This document shows, piece after piece, positions 1 to 9,849 of a stretch of 64,000 nt of DNA. The stretch spans positions 26,542-90,541 of the forward strand of contig JBNAVT010000005.1 in NCBI GenBank assembly GCA_049700215.1, in the 5' to 3' direction. The position numbers and the translations under genes were made by a program. Numbering within the stretch: position 1 is the first letter of the stretch; each line of letters starts with the position of its first letter. A model generated the notes under the pieces. It searched no databases and had not been told where the DNA came from. It worked only from the letters and a program-made list of their open reading frames with translations. This DNA is from Thermoproteota archaeon (lineage in GTDB: Archaea; Thermoproteota; EX4484-205; JAAOZP01).

Positions 1-132
1 AGCAGGAGGGACGTGGAGGAAGCGGTGAACGTTGCCTTGGAAAAAGGCTCGAGCGGAGTCTGCTTCTTCCTATATCCTTTGCAACATCCAGAGCTTAAAG
101 ATGCCGTTAAAGAAGCGTTTTCAAAGTTCTGA
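1..132 (+). CDS. 3' end of an unidentified protein-coding gene (partial, runs off the window start)
   Basis: Frame 1 is open from base 1 to a TGA stop at 130-132 (…GVCFFLYPLQHPELKDAVKEAFSKF*). No recognisable domain in the 43 aa that are visible. Confidence 0.3.
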   Translation, partial: SRRDVEEAVNVALEKGSSGVCFFLYPLQHPELKDAVKEAFSKF

Positions 133-220
133 ATACTTATCGATCGGCTTTTCAGAAGCAATGTCTAACGGTCGCCTAGCAGGTATCAAGTTAGATTAAA
201 ATAGGCTTCTCGCCTACGTT

Positions 221-1588
221 GTGAGGATGAAGCTGGAGGAGGCTATGCGGCTTAAACCATATGGGGATTTCGACGTAGTGGTGGCGGGGGGAGGTACTGC
301 TGGAGCCGTGGCCGCAATAGCGGCCGCGAGAAACGGTGTGAAAACCCTTGTTGTAGAGCAGTTCGGTTTCCTAGGGGGAAGCGGGTCAGCAGCCCTCGTC
401 ATGCCAATGATGCCGAACCATGTGGAGGGGAAACCCTTAGTCAGAGGGATAAGCCAAGAGATACAGAGTCGTCTTCTAGAACTGGGCTACGCAGCAACAG
501 ATAAAAACGGTAATGAGGGCTGGTTTAATCCAGAGGCCTTAAAATTCGTGTTGGAGGAAATGGTTTTAGAGGCTGGTGGGAAAATCCTCTATTTCACGCT
601 TGTCGAGGACGTCATAATGGAGGGTGAAGAGCTTAGGGGGATAGTTGTGGCCAATAAGTCGGGGAGGCAAGCGGTTTTCTCGAAAATCGTCATAGACTCG
701 ACTGGAGACGGGGATGTGGCTGCGCTAGCAGGAGTCCCGTTCGAATCAGGAAGAAAGGAGGACGGTGTTAGTCAACCGATGTCGTTAAGGTTCATGGCGG
801 GAAACGTTGACTTAGGCAAACTGGCTGATTTCCTGCTTGAAAACGACAGTAGGAGTTACGTCGACCCGCCGCTAATAGAGTTCGCAATGGTTCCGGGCGG
901 AGGCTGGCCTCTTGAAAAATTCTTCAGAGAAGGTGTTGAAGAGGGCCTTCTGAATGATTCCGACATAGTCTATTTTCAAGCGTTCAGTGTCCCTGGAATG
1001 CCCGGGGTCGTAGCGTTCAACTGTCCAAGAATAATAGGCAACTATAAGGGTTTCGACACGGATCATCTTACGGAAGCAGTGATACAGGGTAGGAGGAGAA
1101 TTAGTAGGCTTTTCAGTTTTCTCAGGAAGAAAATCCCTGGCTTCGAAGAATCTTACCTCGCCATGACTGCGCCGATGGTCGGTGTGAGGGAGTCGAGGAG
1201 GATAGTGGGCGAGTATGTTCTTTCTGCACAGGACTATTTCAACGCCAGAAAGTTTGAAGACGCTGTTTCTCGAAACAGGTATCCGATTGACATACATCTG
1301 CCAACCAGCCGCCTGCCAGGGGAAAGGAAACTAGGCCCCGGAGAGTATCATGAGATACCTTACAGGTCACTGATACCGGTTAAGGTTGAAAACCTGATCG
1401 TCGCATGCAGGGCTCTCTCAGCATCCTTCGAAGCTCATGGCGCGGTAAGAATCCAGCCGAACATGAGGGCAATAGGCCAGGCAGCGGGTGTTGCTGCCGC
1501 ACTCTGCGTTAAGAAGGGGGTTAGGCCAAGGCAGCTGGACGGAAAGGAGCTTAGGGAAACCCTGGTTCAACAGGGCGCCTACCTCTAG
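221..1588 (+). CDS. FAD-dependent oxidoreductase (FAD_oxidored/PF12831-like); likely true start at Met 245
   Basis: N-terminal dinucleotide-binding motif DVVVAGGGTAGAVAAIAAARNG...LVVEQ. Size is about 450 aa. This family commonly sits beside glycoside hydrolases. Confidence 0.75.
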   Translation: MRMKLEEAMRLKPYGDFDVVVAGGGTAGAVAAIAAARNGVKTLVVEQFGFLGGSGSAALVMPMMPNHVEGKPLVRGISQEIQSRLLELGYAATDKNGNEGWFNPEALKFVLEEMVLEAGGKILYFTLVEDVIMEGEELRGIVVANKSGRQAVFSKIVIDSTGDGDVAALAGVPFESGRKEDGVSQPMSLRFMAGNVDLGKLADFLLENDSRSYVDPPLIEFAMVPGGGWPLEKFFREGVEEGLLNDSDIVYFQAFSVPGMPGVVAFNCPRIIGNYKGFDTDHLTEAVIQGRRRISRLFSFLRKKIPGFEESYLAMTAPMVGVRESRRIVGEYVLSAQDYFNARKFEDAVSRNRYPIDIHLPTSRLPGERKLGPGEYHEIPYRSLIPVKVENLIVACRALSASFEAHGAVRIQPNMRAIGQAAGVAAALCVKKGVRPRQLDGKELRETLVQQGAYL

Positions 1589-1593
1589 CGGTA

Positions 1594-2754
1594 TTAGTCA
1601 CCCCACCCGCAATGCTTCTTTAAGAGCGTAACAAAGTACTTGTAGTTCTCAAGAGGCACGTCTGCAGGCACAGCGTGATCCACCCCGGGGAAATATCCTT
1701 TTCTCTTCACCAGCGGAGGAACTCTGTAACCAACCTCTTTTTCAACCGACTCCTTATCCTTTGCAAGCTCCCTCTTATCTATCCCGCCTATCATGATTAA
1801 ATCCGGATACTTCTCTCCAAGTTTTACCACGTCCATGCCTGCTGCCACTTCACACGGTATCACGCCGTTGAAGCCGAGCTTAAGCCAAATAGGTATCAGG
1901 AGCTCAATGTTTCCATCACTGTCTACAATCAAAACTTTTACGCCATGCTCCCTGAAGAACCCGGCTATCTCGCTGTACGCTTTACTCATGAACTCTTTAA
2001 CGGTTTCAGGCCCTATCATCGGCCCATTCTTGTAAGCCATGTCCTCGTTTAAGACCACGAAGTCCAGATCCAAATCGTCTACAGCCTTATGCAGAACCCG
2101 GGTTTGAAACTCTGCGCAGAAATCCATGATCTCTTTTATAAGGCCCGGGTTCCTATGGATTCCGAGAGCAATACCCTTTAAGCCAACCATGTCCCTAGTC
2201 CACCAGAATGGCCCCCTTATGGATACGCATAGTGGATAGTTTCTCTCCCGGTGTTTCTTAACCTGGGAATCCCAGCTCCCAGGGTATCTCCCAGTGTCAG
2301 TCGGGTCGTAACGCTTCTTAATCTTCAAGAAGTCTCCGCGGTTCTTAACCGGGAAGTCAATCCAGCTTCTCGTCGCGAAGCCGCTCCACCCGTTTTTCCA
2401 ATCGTCCTGAAATCCTACCTGCATTATTCCTAAGCTGTCCACCCAAACCCTGTGCCTCTCGTCTTCCCTTATTATCCGGTATTCGAACGCTGGCCTAGGT
2501 CCAAGGTCGATTAAGCCTGGGTCTGGTTTCCACTCGAATCCTTCACTCGGGTATGATGCTATGTTGACGGCTTCAACCTCGCAGCCCTTGACGCCAAGGT
2601 ATTCCGCTACCGCCGTGTTCTCCGGAAGCCCCTGCTTAACCCATTTTCTCAGCGTGGCTGGCCTAATGCTTCCGACGCCCCACAACGGTATTTTATCAGG
2701 GTTTTTAAATAAGGCTGCTTGGAGAAACCTTTCTCGAGGCGTTATCGACTCCAC
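1594..2754 (-). CDS. Uroporphyrinogen decarboxylase (URO-D)/MtaA-like family protein
   Basis: 386 aa. N-terminus M..ITPRERFLQAAL...DKIPLW resembles the URO-D/MtaA N-terminus. TIM-barrel-sized protein. Embedded in the sugar cluster. Confidence 0.6.
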   Translation of the reverse strand: MESITPRERFLQAALFKNPDKIPLWGVGSIRPATLRKWVKQGLPENTAVAEYLGVKGCEVEAVNIASYPSEGFEWKPDPGLIDLGPRPAFEYRIIREDERHRVWVDSLGIMQVGFQDDWKNGWSGFATRSWIDFPVKNRGDFLKIKKRYDPTDTGRYPGSWDSQVKKHRERNYPLCVSIRGPFWWTRDMVGLKGIALGIHRNPGLIKEIMDFCAEFQTRVLHKAVDDLDLDFVVLNEDMAYKNGPMIGPETVKEFMSKAYSEIAGFFREHGVKVLIVDSDGNIELLIPIWLKLGFNGVIPCEVAAGMDVVKLGEKYPDLIMIGGIDKRELAKDKESVEKEVGYRVPPLVKRKGYFPGVDHAVPADVPLENYKYFVTLLKKHCGWGD

Positions 2755-2825
2755 GGGTTTTCCTACGTTAATGATCCAGGGATAAAAAGCTTTTAGGGCT
2801 CTAAGCCGGGTTATCGTGAGGAAGC

Positions 2826-3590
2826 ATGAGCAGCTTTAAGGAGAGAATGGGAAGCGGGGAGGTTTTGATAGGCGCTATGATAGAGACTCCGGAGCCGGAT
2901 GTTGCGGAGCTCATGGGCACCCTGGGGTTCGACTGGTTCTGGATAGACATGGAGCATTGCCCGCTTGATTTCAAGGATGTTCAAACGATTCTTCAAGCCA
3001 TTGGAAGGTCTGAGGCAGCAACCCTGGTCAGGGTTCCTTGGAACGATCCTGTTTATATAAAGAGGGCTCTCGACCTAGGGCCTACGGGTGTTATTGTTCC
3101 TTGGGTCAACAGTAGGGATGAGGCTGTGAAGGCAGTTATGGCCTGCAAGTATCCTCCGGAGGGGATTAGGGGCTGTGGCCCAAGGAGGCCGGTTTGGTAC
3201 AAGGGTTTCACCGAGTATGTTAGGGGGGCTAATGAAAGCATGGTAGTGGTTGTTCAAATAGAAACTGGCGACGCTTTGAGAAACCTGGGTGAAATACTTT
3301 CTGTTCCAGGTGTGGACGGCACGATGGTGGGCCCTGCAGACTTGTCTGCTTCCCTGGGCTACTTGGGCTACCCTGATGAGCCTAGGGTTGTCGAGGCGAT
3401 AACGCATGTAGCTAATATGCATAAGGGGACGAAAGTGTGCCCGGGAATAGCCTCCAACCCCAAGGATGCTGAGAAACACATAGGACTGGGGTTCAGACTG
3501 TTGAACATTGGCAGTGACCTAGGCTTTATGAGGATGGCTGCCGCAGCGACCCTTAAGGAATTGAGAAAATGCTTACGGAGGGGTTGCTGA
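2826..3590 (+). CDS. HpcH/HpaI family aldolase (2-keto-3-deoxy-sugar-acid aldolase; candidate 2-keto-3-deoxy-L-rhamnonate aldolase)
   Basis: GAMIETPEP...FDWFWIDMEHCP...RVPWNDPVYIKRALDLGPTGVIVPWVNS matches the HpcH/HpaI aldolase fold. It is adjacent and divergent to the GH78 rhamnosidase. Confidence 0.8.
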   Translation: MSSFKERMGSGEVLIGAMIETPEPDVAELMGTLGFDWFWIDMEHCPLDFKDVQTILQAIGRSEAATLVRVPWNDPVYIKRALDLGPTGVIVPWVNSRDEAVKAVMACKYPPEGIRGCGPRRPVWYKGFTEYVRGANESMVVVVQIETGDALRNLGEILSVPGVDGTMVGPADLSASLGYLGYPDEPRVVEAITHVANMHKGTKVCPGIASNPKDAEKHIGLGFRLLNIGSDLGFMRMAAAATLKELRKCLRRGC

Positions 3591-3634
3591 AATATTTTCG
3601 AGGGTTTGAAAATGCTGGGGCCCGACGGTCAGCG

Positions 3635-6600
3635 TCACGCTACTGTGAAGCTGTAGCATCCTGATAGGACTCTATACACGACGCAACCCTTTTTCATACC
3701 GATTAGCTCCACGCCCTCGGATTTTTCAACCGGCTTCCCGTTTTCCCTCACCCTACCCGGCTCGGTTGCTGGAACATATACCAGTGCTGAAGTGTTAGCC
3801 GGGAGGATGAGCTGCAGGTGGAAAGCCTCGCTGGAGAACCACCATTCCACTGAAATCGTTCCACGAATCGACTCGTAGCTCGCGTGAACATGCCCTAGTT
3901 CCCTCCAAGGGTTGGGCTTGATAATGATGCGTTTAAAGCCAGCGTCTTCAGCATCTATTCCCGCGACGGTTGAGAAAAGCCATTCGCCCACGCTTCCGAA
4001 AGCGTAATGGTTGAAAGAGTTCATGCCTGGTTCGTGAATCCCCTCTTCAGTCATACTGTTCCACCGTTCCCAAATGGTTGTAGCTCCGAGTTTAACCGGG
4101 TAGAGCCATGATGGATAGGTTTCCTGCAGGAGAAGCCTGTAAGCCACATCAGTCCTGCCATACTTGGTTAGCGCCCGCATGAGGTGCAGCGTCCCTACGA
4201 ATCCTGTGGTGAGATGCCATCCGTGGTCCTCAACATCCTTAACCAAGTGTTCTAACGCTGTTCTCTCCATCTCCTCAGGGAGCAGTTTCGAATCAAGTGC
4301 CAGAGCGTAACACGTCTGCGTCTCGCCTTTTATCCGTCCATCTGGTTGAACATACTCTTTAAGGAATGCTGAGCGAACATTTTCGAATAGTTCTTCAAAG
4401 CGTTCCGCGTCACCAGTTTCCCCTATTTCCCTGGCCATTACAGCCATAAGCTTGGCAACGTATGCGAAATAGGCTGTTGCAAGCACGTCCCTCGGTGTTT
4501 CAGAGCCTGCTGGAACCCAGTCGCCATACCCTGTTTCCGGCCGGAGGAACCCTCTGCTGTTTTCCACAAGATAATTGATGTAGCGCCTCATTTTCTCGTA
4601 GTGAAGCCGGATCACGCGCGTATCTCCGCATGTCCGCCAAAGCACGTAGGGTATGATGATTCCAGCGTCCCCCCAGCATGGTGTTCCAAACCCTGCTCCG
4701 GTCGCGGGTGCGACGTCAGGGTAGGCTCCGTCTTCTCTCTGGCTATCGTTCAAGTCGATCAACCATTTAGTCATGAAGGCTGAGATGTCGGCGAAGTAGG
4801 CTGCGGTTCTCGCAAAGATCTGTGCATCCCCAGTCCAGCCCTGCCGCTCGTCGCGCTGAGGGCAATCCGTCGGCACCTCGAAATAGTTGCCGCGCAGGCT
4901 CCAAAGAATGTTTTCCACAAGCCTGTTTAAAAGCGGGTTTGAGCATCTGAAGCTTCCGGTTATCGGAATATCCGTGTGAATAACGATGCCTGTCACAGCA
5001 TCCATAGGCGGCTTACCAGGGTAGCCTGAGACCTCGACATACCTGAAGCCATGATATGTGAAACGAGGCTCGAAAAACTCCTCGCTACCGCCTTTGCAAA
5101 AATAGGTGTCTGTGGCCCTGGCCCCCCTAAGGTTTGCAGTGTGTATAGTACCGTCAGGATTAAGGACTTCGGCGAAACGCAGCTTGATCCTCGTGCCTGG
5201 TTCCGCGTTTCTAACCCGTAGCCTAACGACGCCAACCATGTTCCGGCCGAAATCGAATATGAAAACACCCGGGCTGATCTCTCTCGCCGACTGGGCTGGC
5301 AGCTCCATCGTTTTCCTAACGGGTTCACCCGGATGGGCTGTCAGCTGCAGGCTTAAATAATCCGTAGAAACGTTCCCCCAAGCATCGTCTTTAAACCAGG
5401 GCTCATCCCATCCATGGATCTCGCGTCTAGCATCATAGGTTTCACCCATGTAGTTGTCGGCTTCCAGAATCGGCCCGTATGCTGACTTCCAACTCTCATC
5501 GCTGACGACAAGCTGGCGCTCGCCATCGTCATACTCTATCTCCAGCTGCACGAGGAGGCGTGGGCCGCGTCCAAACTTGTTCAGCCTACCCCATCCTCCT
5601 TGATACCCGGAGTACCATTCGCTGTGTAGAATCACTCCTATCGCGTTTTCTCCCTGGTTAAGAAGACCCGTAGCCTCATAGGTGCGGTAGTACGCGCGCC
5701 TCCAGTAATCAGACCATCCTGGTATGAAATAATCCTCGGTGACGCGCTTACCGTTTAAGCGAAGCTCGCAGCTTCCTAAAGCGCTAACGTAGATTAGGGC
5801 CCGCCTAGGCTTTTTCTTGACTGTGAAACTTTTCCTAAAGAATGGTGGCGGCCGAACATACGGGGGCTTCGTTGGTAAAACTCCCCACGGGGCGATTCTG
5901 AAGTCGCCAAGCTCAAGCGCACCAATCCATCCGGCATCATCGTAGCCAGGCTTCTCCCACCCTTCTTCAGCATGCATGGAGGATCTCCAGGTTCCGTCAG
6001 TAACTAGAATCAGTGGCTCACTATTTTCAAGTTCAACCACCATTTTTCCAAGCAAGCCTGCATGGCCGCTGGTGTTAGTAGCCTTAATCGCTAAAACATT
6101 CAGGCCAGCATGCAGCAGGTCCGTGATTTCAACCGTCTGCGGACGCTGCCAAGCATAAGGCTTACCGTCGCTCCTGCCGGCTTCCCTACCGTTTACGAAA
6201 AGCACAAACTGGTCGTCAGCAGTAATCAGAATTACTCCCTTAAGTATTTTCCTGTCTGCCGGCAGGCTTATTGCCCGACGGAAATAACGGTCTGCTGCAG
6301 GAGCCTCTTTAACGGGTTCCCCCTCTTTAAACCATATCCACTTGCATCCTTTGAAACTAGGCTCCTCCCATTCAGCATATTCATCATACCCTATCCACTT
6401 CGCCTTCCAATCATCCGGCTCGAGCAGGCCCATTGTCCAGTAGGCGGGCTCGCTCCACTCAGAGGGTCTTCCCTGCTTATCCCAGACCCGTACTTTCCAC
6501 CAGCACTCCATCCTGGATGAAAGTGTTTTCCCAGCGTATGTGATTTGGCTCGTCTCCTCAGACTGGACTTTCCCACTGTCCCATAGGTCGCCAATATCTT

Positions 6601-6829
6601 TCTCCAAGTTTGCCCTAGTGCTTGAAACAATGATCTGAAAGGCTGTCTGAAACTGTCCTCTTTCGGATGACTCAACGATCCAGCTTAACCTTGGTTTTAA
6701 AACATCTACTCCAAGAGGGTTAACCCTGTACTCGCAACGCAGTTTTCCAGCCTTTAAAGCGGGTTTCTCACCTTCGTAACCAGGCTTAGGCAAGCCGGTT
6801 GTTGTCGAATCCCCTCCAGCCGACTCCAA
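3635..6829 (-). CDS. alpha-L-rhamnosidase, glycoside hydrolase family 78
   Basis: 1064 aa. LRCEYRVNPLGVDV motif near the N-terminus. Bac_rhamnosid-type beta-sandwich and (alpha/alpha)6 regions, e.g. ...EPWFKDDAWG..., ...GDAQIFARTAAY.... No obvious signal peptide. Confidence 0.85.
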   Translation of the reverse strand: MESAGGDSTTTGLPKPGYEGEKPALKAGKLRCEYRVNPLGVDVLKPRLSWIVESSERGQFQTAFQIIVSSTRANLEKDIGDLWDSGKVQSEETSQITYAGKTLSSRMECWWKVRVWDKQGRPSEWSEPAYWTMGLLEPDDWKAKWIGYDEYAEWEEPSFKGCKWIWFKEGEPVKEAPAADRYFRRAISLPADRKILKGVILITADDQFVLFVNGREAGRSDGKPYAWQRPQTVEITDLLHAGLNVLAIKATNTSGHAGLLGKMVVELENSEPLILVTDGTWRSSMHAEEGWEKPGYDDAGWIGALELGDFRIAPWGVLPTKPPYVRPPPFFRKSFTVKKKPRRALIYVSALGSCELRLNGKRVTEDYFIPGWSDYWRRAYYRTYEATGLLNQGENAIGVILHSEWYSGYQGGWGRLNKFGRGPRLLVQLEIEYDDGERQLVVSDESWKSAYGPILEADNYMGETYDARREIHGWDEPWFKDDAWGNVSTDYLSLQLTAHPGEPVRKTMELPAQSAREISPGVFIFDFGRNMVGVVRLRVRNAEPGTRIKLRFAEVLNPDGTIHTANLRGARATDTYFCKGGSEEFFEPRFTYHGFRYVEVSGYPGKPPMDAVTGIVIHTDIPITGSFRCSNPLLNRLVENILWSLRGNYFEVPTDCPQRDERQGWTGDAQIFARTAAYFADISAFMTKWLIDLNDSQREDGAYPDVAPATGAGFGTPCWGDAGIIIPYVLWRTCGDTRVIRLHYEKMRRYINYLVENSRGFLRPETGYGDWVPAGSETPRDVLATAYFAYVAKLMAVMAREIGETGDAERFEELFENVRSAFLKEYVQPDGRIKGETQTCYALALDSKLLPEEMERTALEHLVKDVEDHGWHLTTGFVGTLHLMRALTKYGRTDVAYRLLLQETYPSWLYPVKLGATTIWERWNSMTEEGIHEPGMNSFNHYAFGSVGEWLFSTVAGIDAEDAGFKRIIIKPNPWRELGHVHASYESIRGTISVEWWFSSEAFHLQLILPANTSALVYVPATEPGRVRENGKPVEKSEGVELIGMKKGCVVYRVLSGCYSFTVA

Positions 6830-6929
6830 TTCCCCCTTAACTCCCCAAGCGTTTACTTTAAGCTTTTACAGTTTCAGGGGAAGTTTAATAATAAGATGGC
6901 GGTCTCATTACTGATTACTTTAAGGCTTC

Positions 6930-7964
6930 TCATACTTTACAATACTCCCGGCATTTTTCCATTAATGACATCACTTTTCTAACGCTTTCAGGCGTAACGC
7001 TCAAGGGGGCTCCCTCGCGCAGAGTCTTATAGAGCTCCTCGTAAAACAAGATTTCGCCGCGCTTAACATTCTCGTCTAGAACCCACTCCTCCTCCTTCCA
7101 AGGGATCTCCTCCCAATTGTAGCTGCGGTCTGGAGTCGGCCTTGTTTCAACCTGTCTAGGAGGAAGATCCTTAGGGTCGAAATACTTCCACCTTATCGAG
7201 TTCCCGCCTCCAGCAAGGCCTCCCTGAGTCCCCATTATCAGCCAATAATTCTGAGGGTAGGCGCATGCGCGAGTAACCTCTATGTCAACCTTCGTCGAGC
7301 CCGGCTCCCCAAGAATTATCTTAACATGGTCCTCCGCATCACCAAGAGTCAGGGTTCTCTGCAGGTCGCAGAACAGTAGTTCAAGCCTCTCTCCAACGAG
7401 TTGAACAGCCTGGTCTATAAGGTGAGAAGCATTATTGTTAAGTTCCCCTCCTCCAAACTTTTTCAACGTCTGCCAATCCCAGCGTCTACCGAACGAATGC
7501 AGACATATTTTTACAAGGACTATGCGCCCCAGCTTTCCGGATCTAACTATCTCCTTAACCTTTAAGAAGTCTGGACTGTACCTCTTGTTTTGGAAAACAG
7601 TCAGTATCCTTCCGGACTCTTTTGCAGTCTTTATCATCTCTTCTGCTTCAGCCAGGCTTGTAGCCATAGGCTTCTCGCACACGACGTTTTTCCCGGATTT
7701 CAACGCTTCTATAGTTTGAGGAGCATGAAGGTGGCTCGGCGTAGCTACGACTACTAGTTCAACCTCTTCGTCTCTTATGAGCGAGTTGAAATCGGGGTAT
7801 GCTCTGCAACCGAACCTGTTCACAGCCTCTTTTCTTCTCTCCTCAAGCGGGTCGAAGACCGCAACCACGTTATACATGCTGGAGCATTTTTCAAGGGCGT
7901 TGGCATGAATATCCCACCCGCTTCTCCCAAGTCCAGAGATCCCAACGTTCACCCGGCTGCTCAT
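6930..7964 (-). CDS. Gfo/Idh/MocA family NAD(P)-dependent oxidoreductase
   Basis: N-terminal Rossmann segment VNVGISGLGRSGWDIHANAL, ...EKPMATSLAEAEEM..., and the C-terminal alpha/beta domain typical of the family. Confidence 0.85.
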   Translation of the reverse strand: MSSRVNVGISGLGRSGWDIHANALEKCSSMYNVVAVFDPLEERRKEAVNRFGCRAYPDFNSLIRDEEVELVVVATPSHLHAPQTIEALKSGKNVVCEKPMATSLAEAEEMIKTAKESGRILTVFQNKRYSPDFLKVKEIVRSGKLGRIVLVKICLHSFGRRWDWQTLKKFGGGELNNNASHLIDQAVQLVGERLELLFCDLQRTLTLGDAEDHVKIILGEPGSTKVDIEVTRACAYPQNYWLIMGTQGGLAGGGNSIRWKYFDPKDLPPRQVETRPTPDRSYNWEEIPWKEEEWVLDENVKRGEILFYEELYKTLREGAPLSVTPESVRKVMSLMEKCREYCKV

Positions 7965-7986
7965 TTAAGACTCCCTCCGCAACGGC

Positions 7987-8745
7987 TCAGAACAGCCTTA
8001 AAAGGTATCTTGCAAACTCGCGGACCCCCGTTTTAGGATCCTCCTTCTCCTCGTACTCGATCGAGATAAAACCGTTGTAATCCTTATCCTCCAGAATCCT
8101 CTTAACCTTCTCATAGTCCACCCTAATGTTTTCAGAGACACTTACCTTGCCATGAATATGCACGGCGTATGGGACTGTCTTAGCAATGTCTTTGTACGTA
8201 GACTCCCTATAGTTGCCGAGGTCTAGGTTAACCCTTAGCCATGGGGAACCCACACTCTCAACAATCCTAACCACGCTGTCCGCCCTAGCAGTTATGCCTC
8301 CGTGATTCTCCAAGGCTATTACAACACCGTTTTCATCAGCGTATTTTACGCATCTCCTCAAAGCTTCTATCGTCCACAGTATTGCCTGTTCCTCAGAATA
8401 CCCCTCGGGCACGTAGCCGCCGAAAACCCGTAGAGCGGGAGCACCCAGCTCACGGGCAATACTCACTCCTTCCTCCACAGCCTTTATCATCCTCTCCCTT
8501 TCCATAGGATCCGGGTTACAGAAGTTCGTCGAGATTCCGGCGCAGGAGATTGGTAGCCCCCGTGAAAGTGCAATCCTTTTCAAATTCCTGAAGTATTGCG
8601 GTTCCCTTGAGGGAAGCCAGTAGAGGGTCATCTCCACCCCGTCCAGCCCAATGCTATGAGCCTCCTCAATGAAATCCTCATAGCTCATTCTCCCATCCTT
8701 AAGATAATCCCTGTAAGAGTAAGCCGCGCAACCGATCTTTATCAT
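7987..8745 (-). CDS. sugar phosphate isomerase/epimerase (xylose isomerase-like TIM barrel, AP_endonuc_2)
   Basis: MIKIGCAAYSYRDY...GLDGVEM...ALENHGGIT...HIHGK pattern of the xylose-isomerase-like TIM-barrel family. Confidence 0.8.
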   Translation of the reverse strand: MIKIGCAAYSYRDYLKDGRMSYEDFIEEAHSIGLDGVEMTLYWLPSREPQYFRNLKRIALSRGLPISCAGISTNFCNPDPMERERMIKAVEEGVSIARELGAPALRVFGGYVPEGYSEEQAILWTIEALRRCVKYADENGVVIALENHGGITARADSVVRIVESVGSPWLRVNLDLGNYRESTYKDIAKTVPYAVHIHGKVSVSENIRVDYEKVKRILEDKDYNGFISIEYEEKEDPKTGVREFARYLLRLF

Positions 8746-9015
8746 TTCTCTCCGTGAGGCTGAAAAAGGCTATTTATGTTTTTTACTCTCCACGTCGTCT
8801 AGCACTGTAATGCCAGCCTTAGCACGTAGCGCGCGCGCTTATTTTCCTCCAAAAGGGCAAATTCCTCCGGTTCCTCCTCTGTTTTCAGCTCCTCCATGCC
8901 TTGCGGGATTGCAAGGGGTGCCTACCGCGCGCTTGGGATCATCATAATTGGGAAGGGTTACTGATGTGCCAACGAACATGTACTCCAAATCCCAGCGGGG
9001 TAGCGTGCACTACTT

Positions 9016-9768
9016 TCAGTCGAAACCGATTCTTCTCAAGTAACTCCTGCTCTCCAACATGCTTTTAAAAGGGCTCCCCGGGGTCCAGTCTTGTTCAACG
9101 ACAACCCACTTTACTCCAAGCCGCGTTGCGAAGCCAAGTATGGCTGGAAAATCTATGGAGCCCCATCCAAGCTCGGAGAACCTTCTGTTTTTCATATCCT
9201 CCTCAGTCCCGTCTTTCAGATGCAAGTACGCGATCCTCTCCTTATTAGCTTTGATGAACTGAAGCGGGTCTGCCCCGCCGAATTTAACCCAGTAAGTGTC
9301 AACGCATAGTCCAACTAACTCAGGCTCAGTGTTCTGAATGATTATTTTTATTCCCCTCTGATTATCAGCTATTTCATGCCCATGATTATGGTAGCAGGTT
9401 TTAACCCCGTGTTCCCTGGAGATTTTCCCAGCCTTGTTTAAAAACTCTGCGCAATTAAAATAGTCTTCCTCTAAGCCTTTTCCACCGGGACCGCTAAAAG
9501 TCAAATATTCTCCTTCAAGCATTTCTAAAAGCCTCGCCGCCTGTTCAACCTGCTCAATGTTTCCAACTCCCATGTGTAACGCGGCAAGCCTTAAACCGTT
9601 TTCCAGTAGAAGCCTCCTTTTCTCCATAGTGTCTGTAGAAAATATTTCGGGAGAGGCTTCTATGCCCTCATACCCGGCTTCCCTCACCTCGTCCAAAACT
9701 TCTTTAAGGTTTTCCCGCGGCTTTGTCCCCCAGATGATCAGTTGAGCACCAACCTTCAACCTGCCCAT
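9016..9768 (-). CDS. sugar phosphate isomerase/epimerase (xylose isomerase-like TIM barrel)
   Basis: ...GYEGIEAS...YHNHGHEIADN...LHLKDGTEED... A second paralog of the fold found at 7987-8745. Confidence 0.8.
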   Translation of the reverse strand: MGRLKVGAQLIIWGTKPRENLKEVLDEVREAGYEGIEASPEIFSTDTMEKRRLLLENGLRLAALHMGVGNIEQVEQAARLLEMLEGEYLTFSGPGGKGLEEDYFNCAEFLNKAGKISREHGVKTCYHNHGHEIADNQRGIKIIIQNTEPELVGLCVDTYWVKFGGADPLQFIKANKERIAYLHLKDGTEEDMKNRRFSELGWGSIDFPAILGFATRLGVKWVVVEQDWTPGSPFKSMLESRSYLRRIGFD

Positions 9769-9849
9769 GCTTTTTCGCCTAAGCTTAACGATATAAATCT
9801 TTCCAGGATTTTCATGAGAAAGCTTAAATAGTTTTCAAAAGGCTTTCCG

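Noticed and set aside
729-747. tRNA T-loop-like motif cccGTTCGAATCagg
   Set aside because: It lies inside the well-supported FAD-oxidoreductase CDS. There is no flanking acceptor or anticodon stem, and no cloverleaf can be drawn. I could not fold any other tRNA-like region anywhere in the window.
872-1297. 141-aa minus-strand ORF inside the FAD oxidoreductase gene (the many internal antisense ORFs in the track are similar, e.g. 6110-6520, 4993-5328, 24825-25202, 39096-39878, 41500-41796)
   Set aside because: All are embedded antisense in strongly supported CDSs and lack recognisable motifs. Treated as shadow ORFs.
8746-9015. 270-bp spacer between the two sugar-isomerase genes containing gcgcgcgc runs, considered as an ncRNA or repeat element
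   Set aside because: No repeated unit, no convincing stem-loop architecture and no similarity to other spacers in the window. It is probably just a divergent or convergent regulatory spacer.
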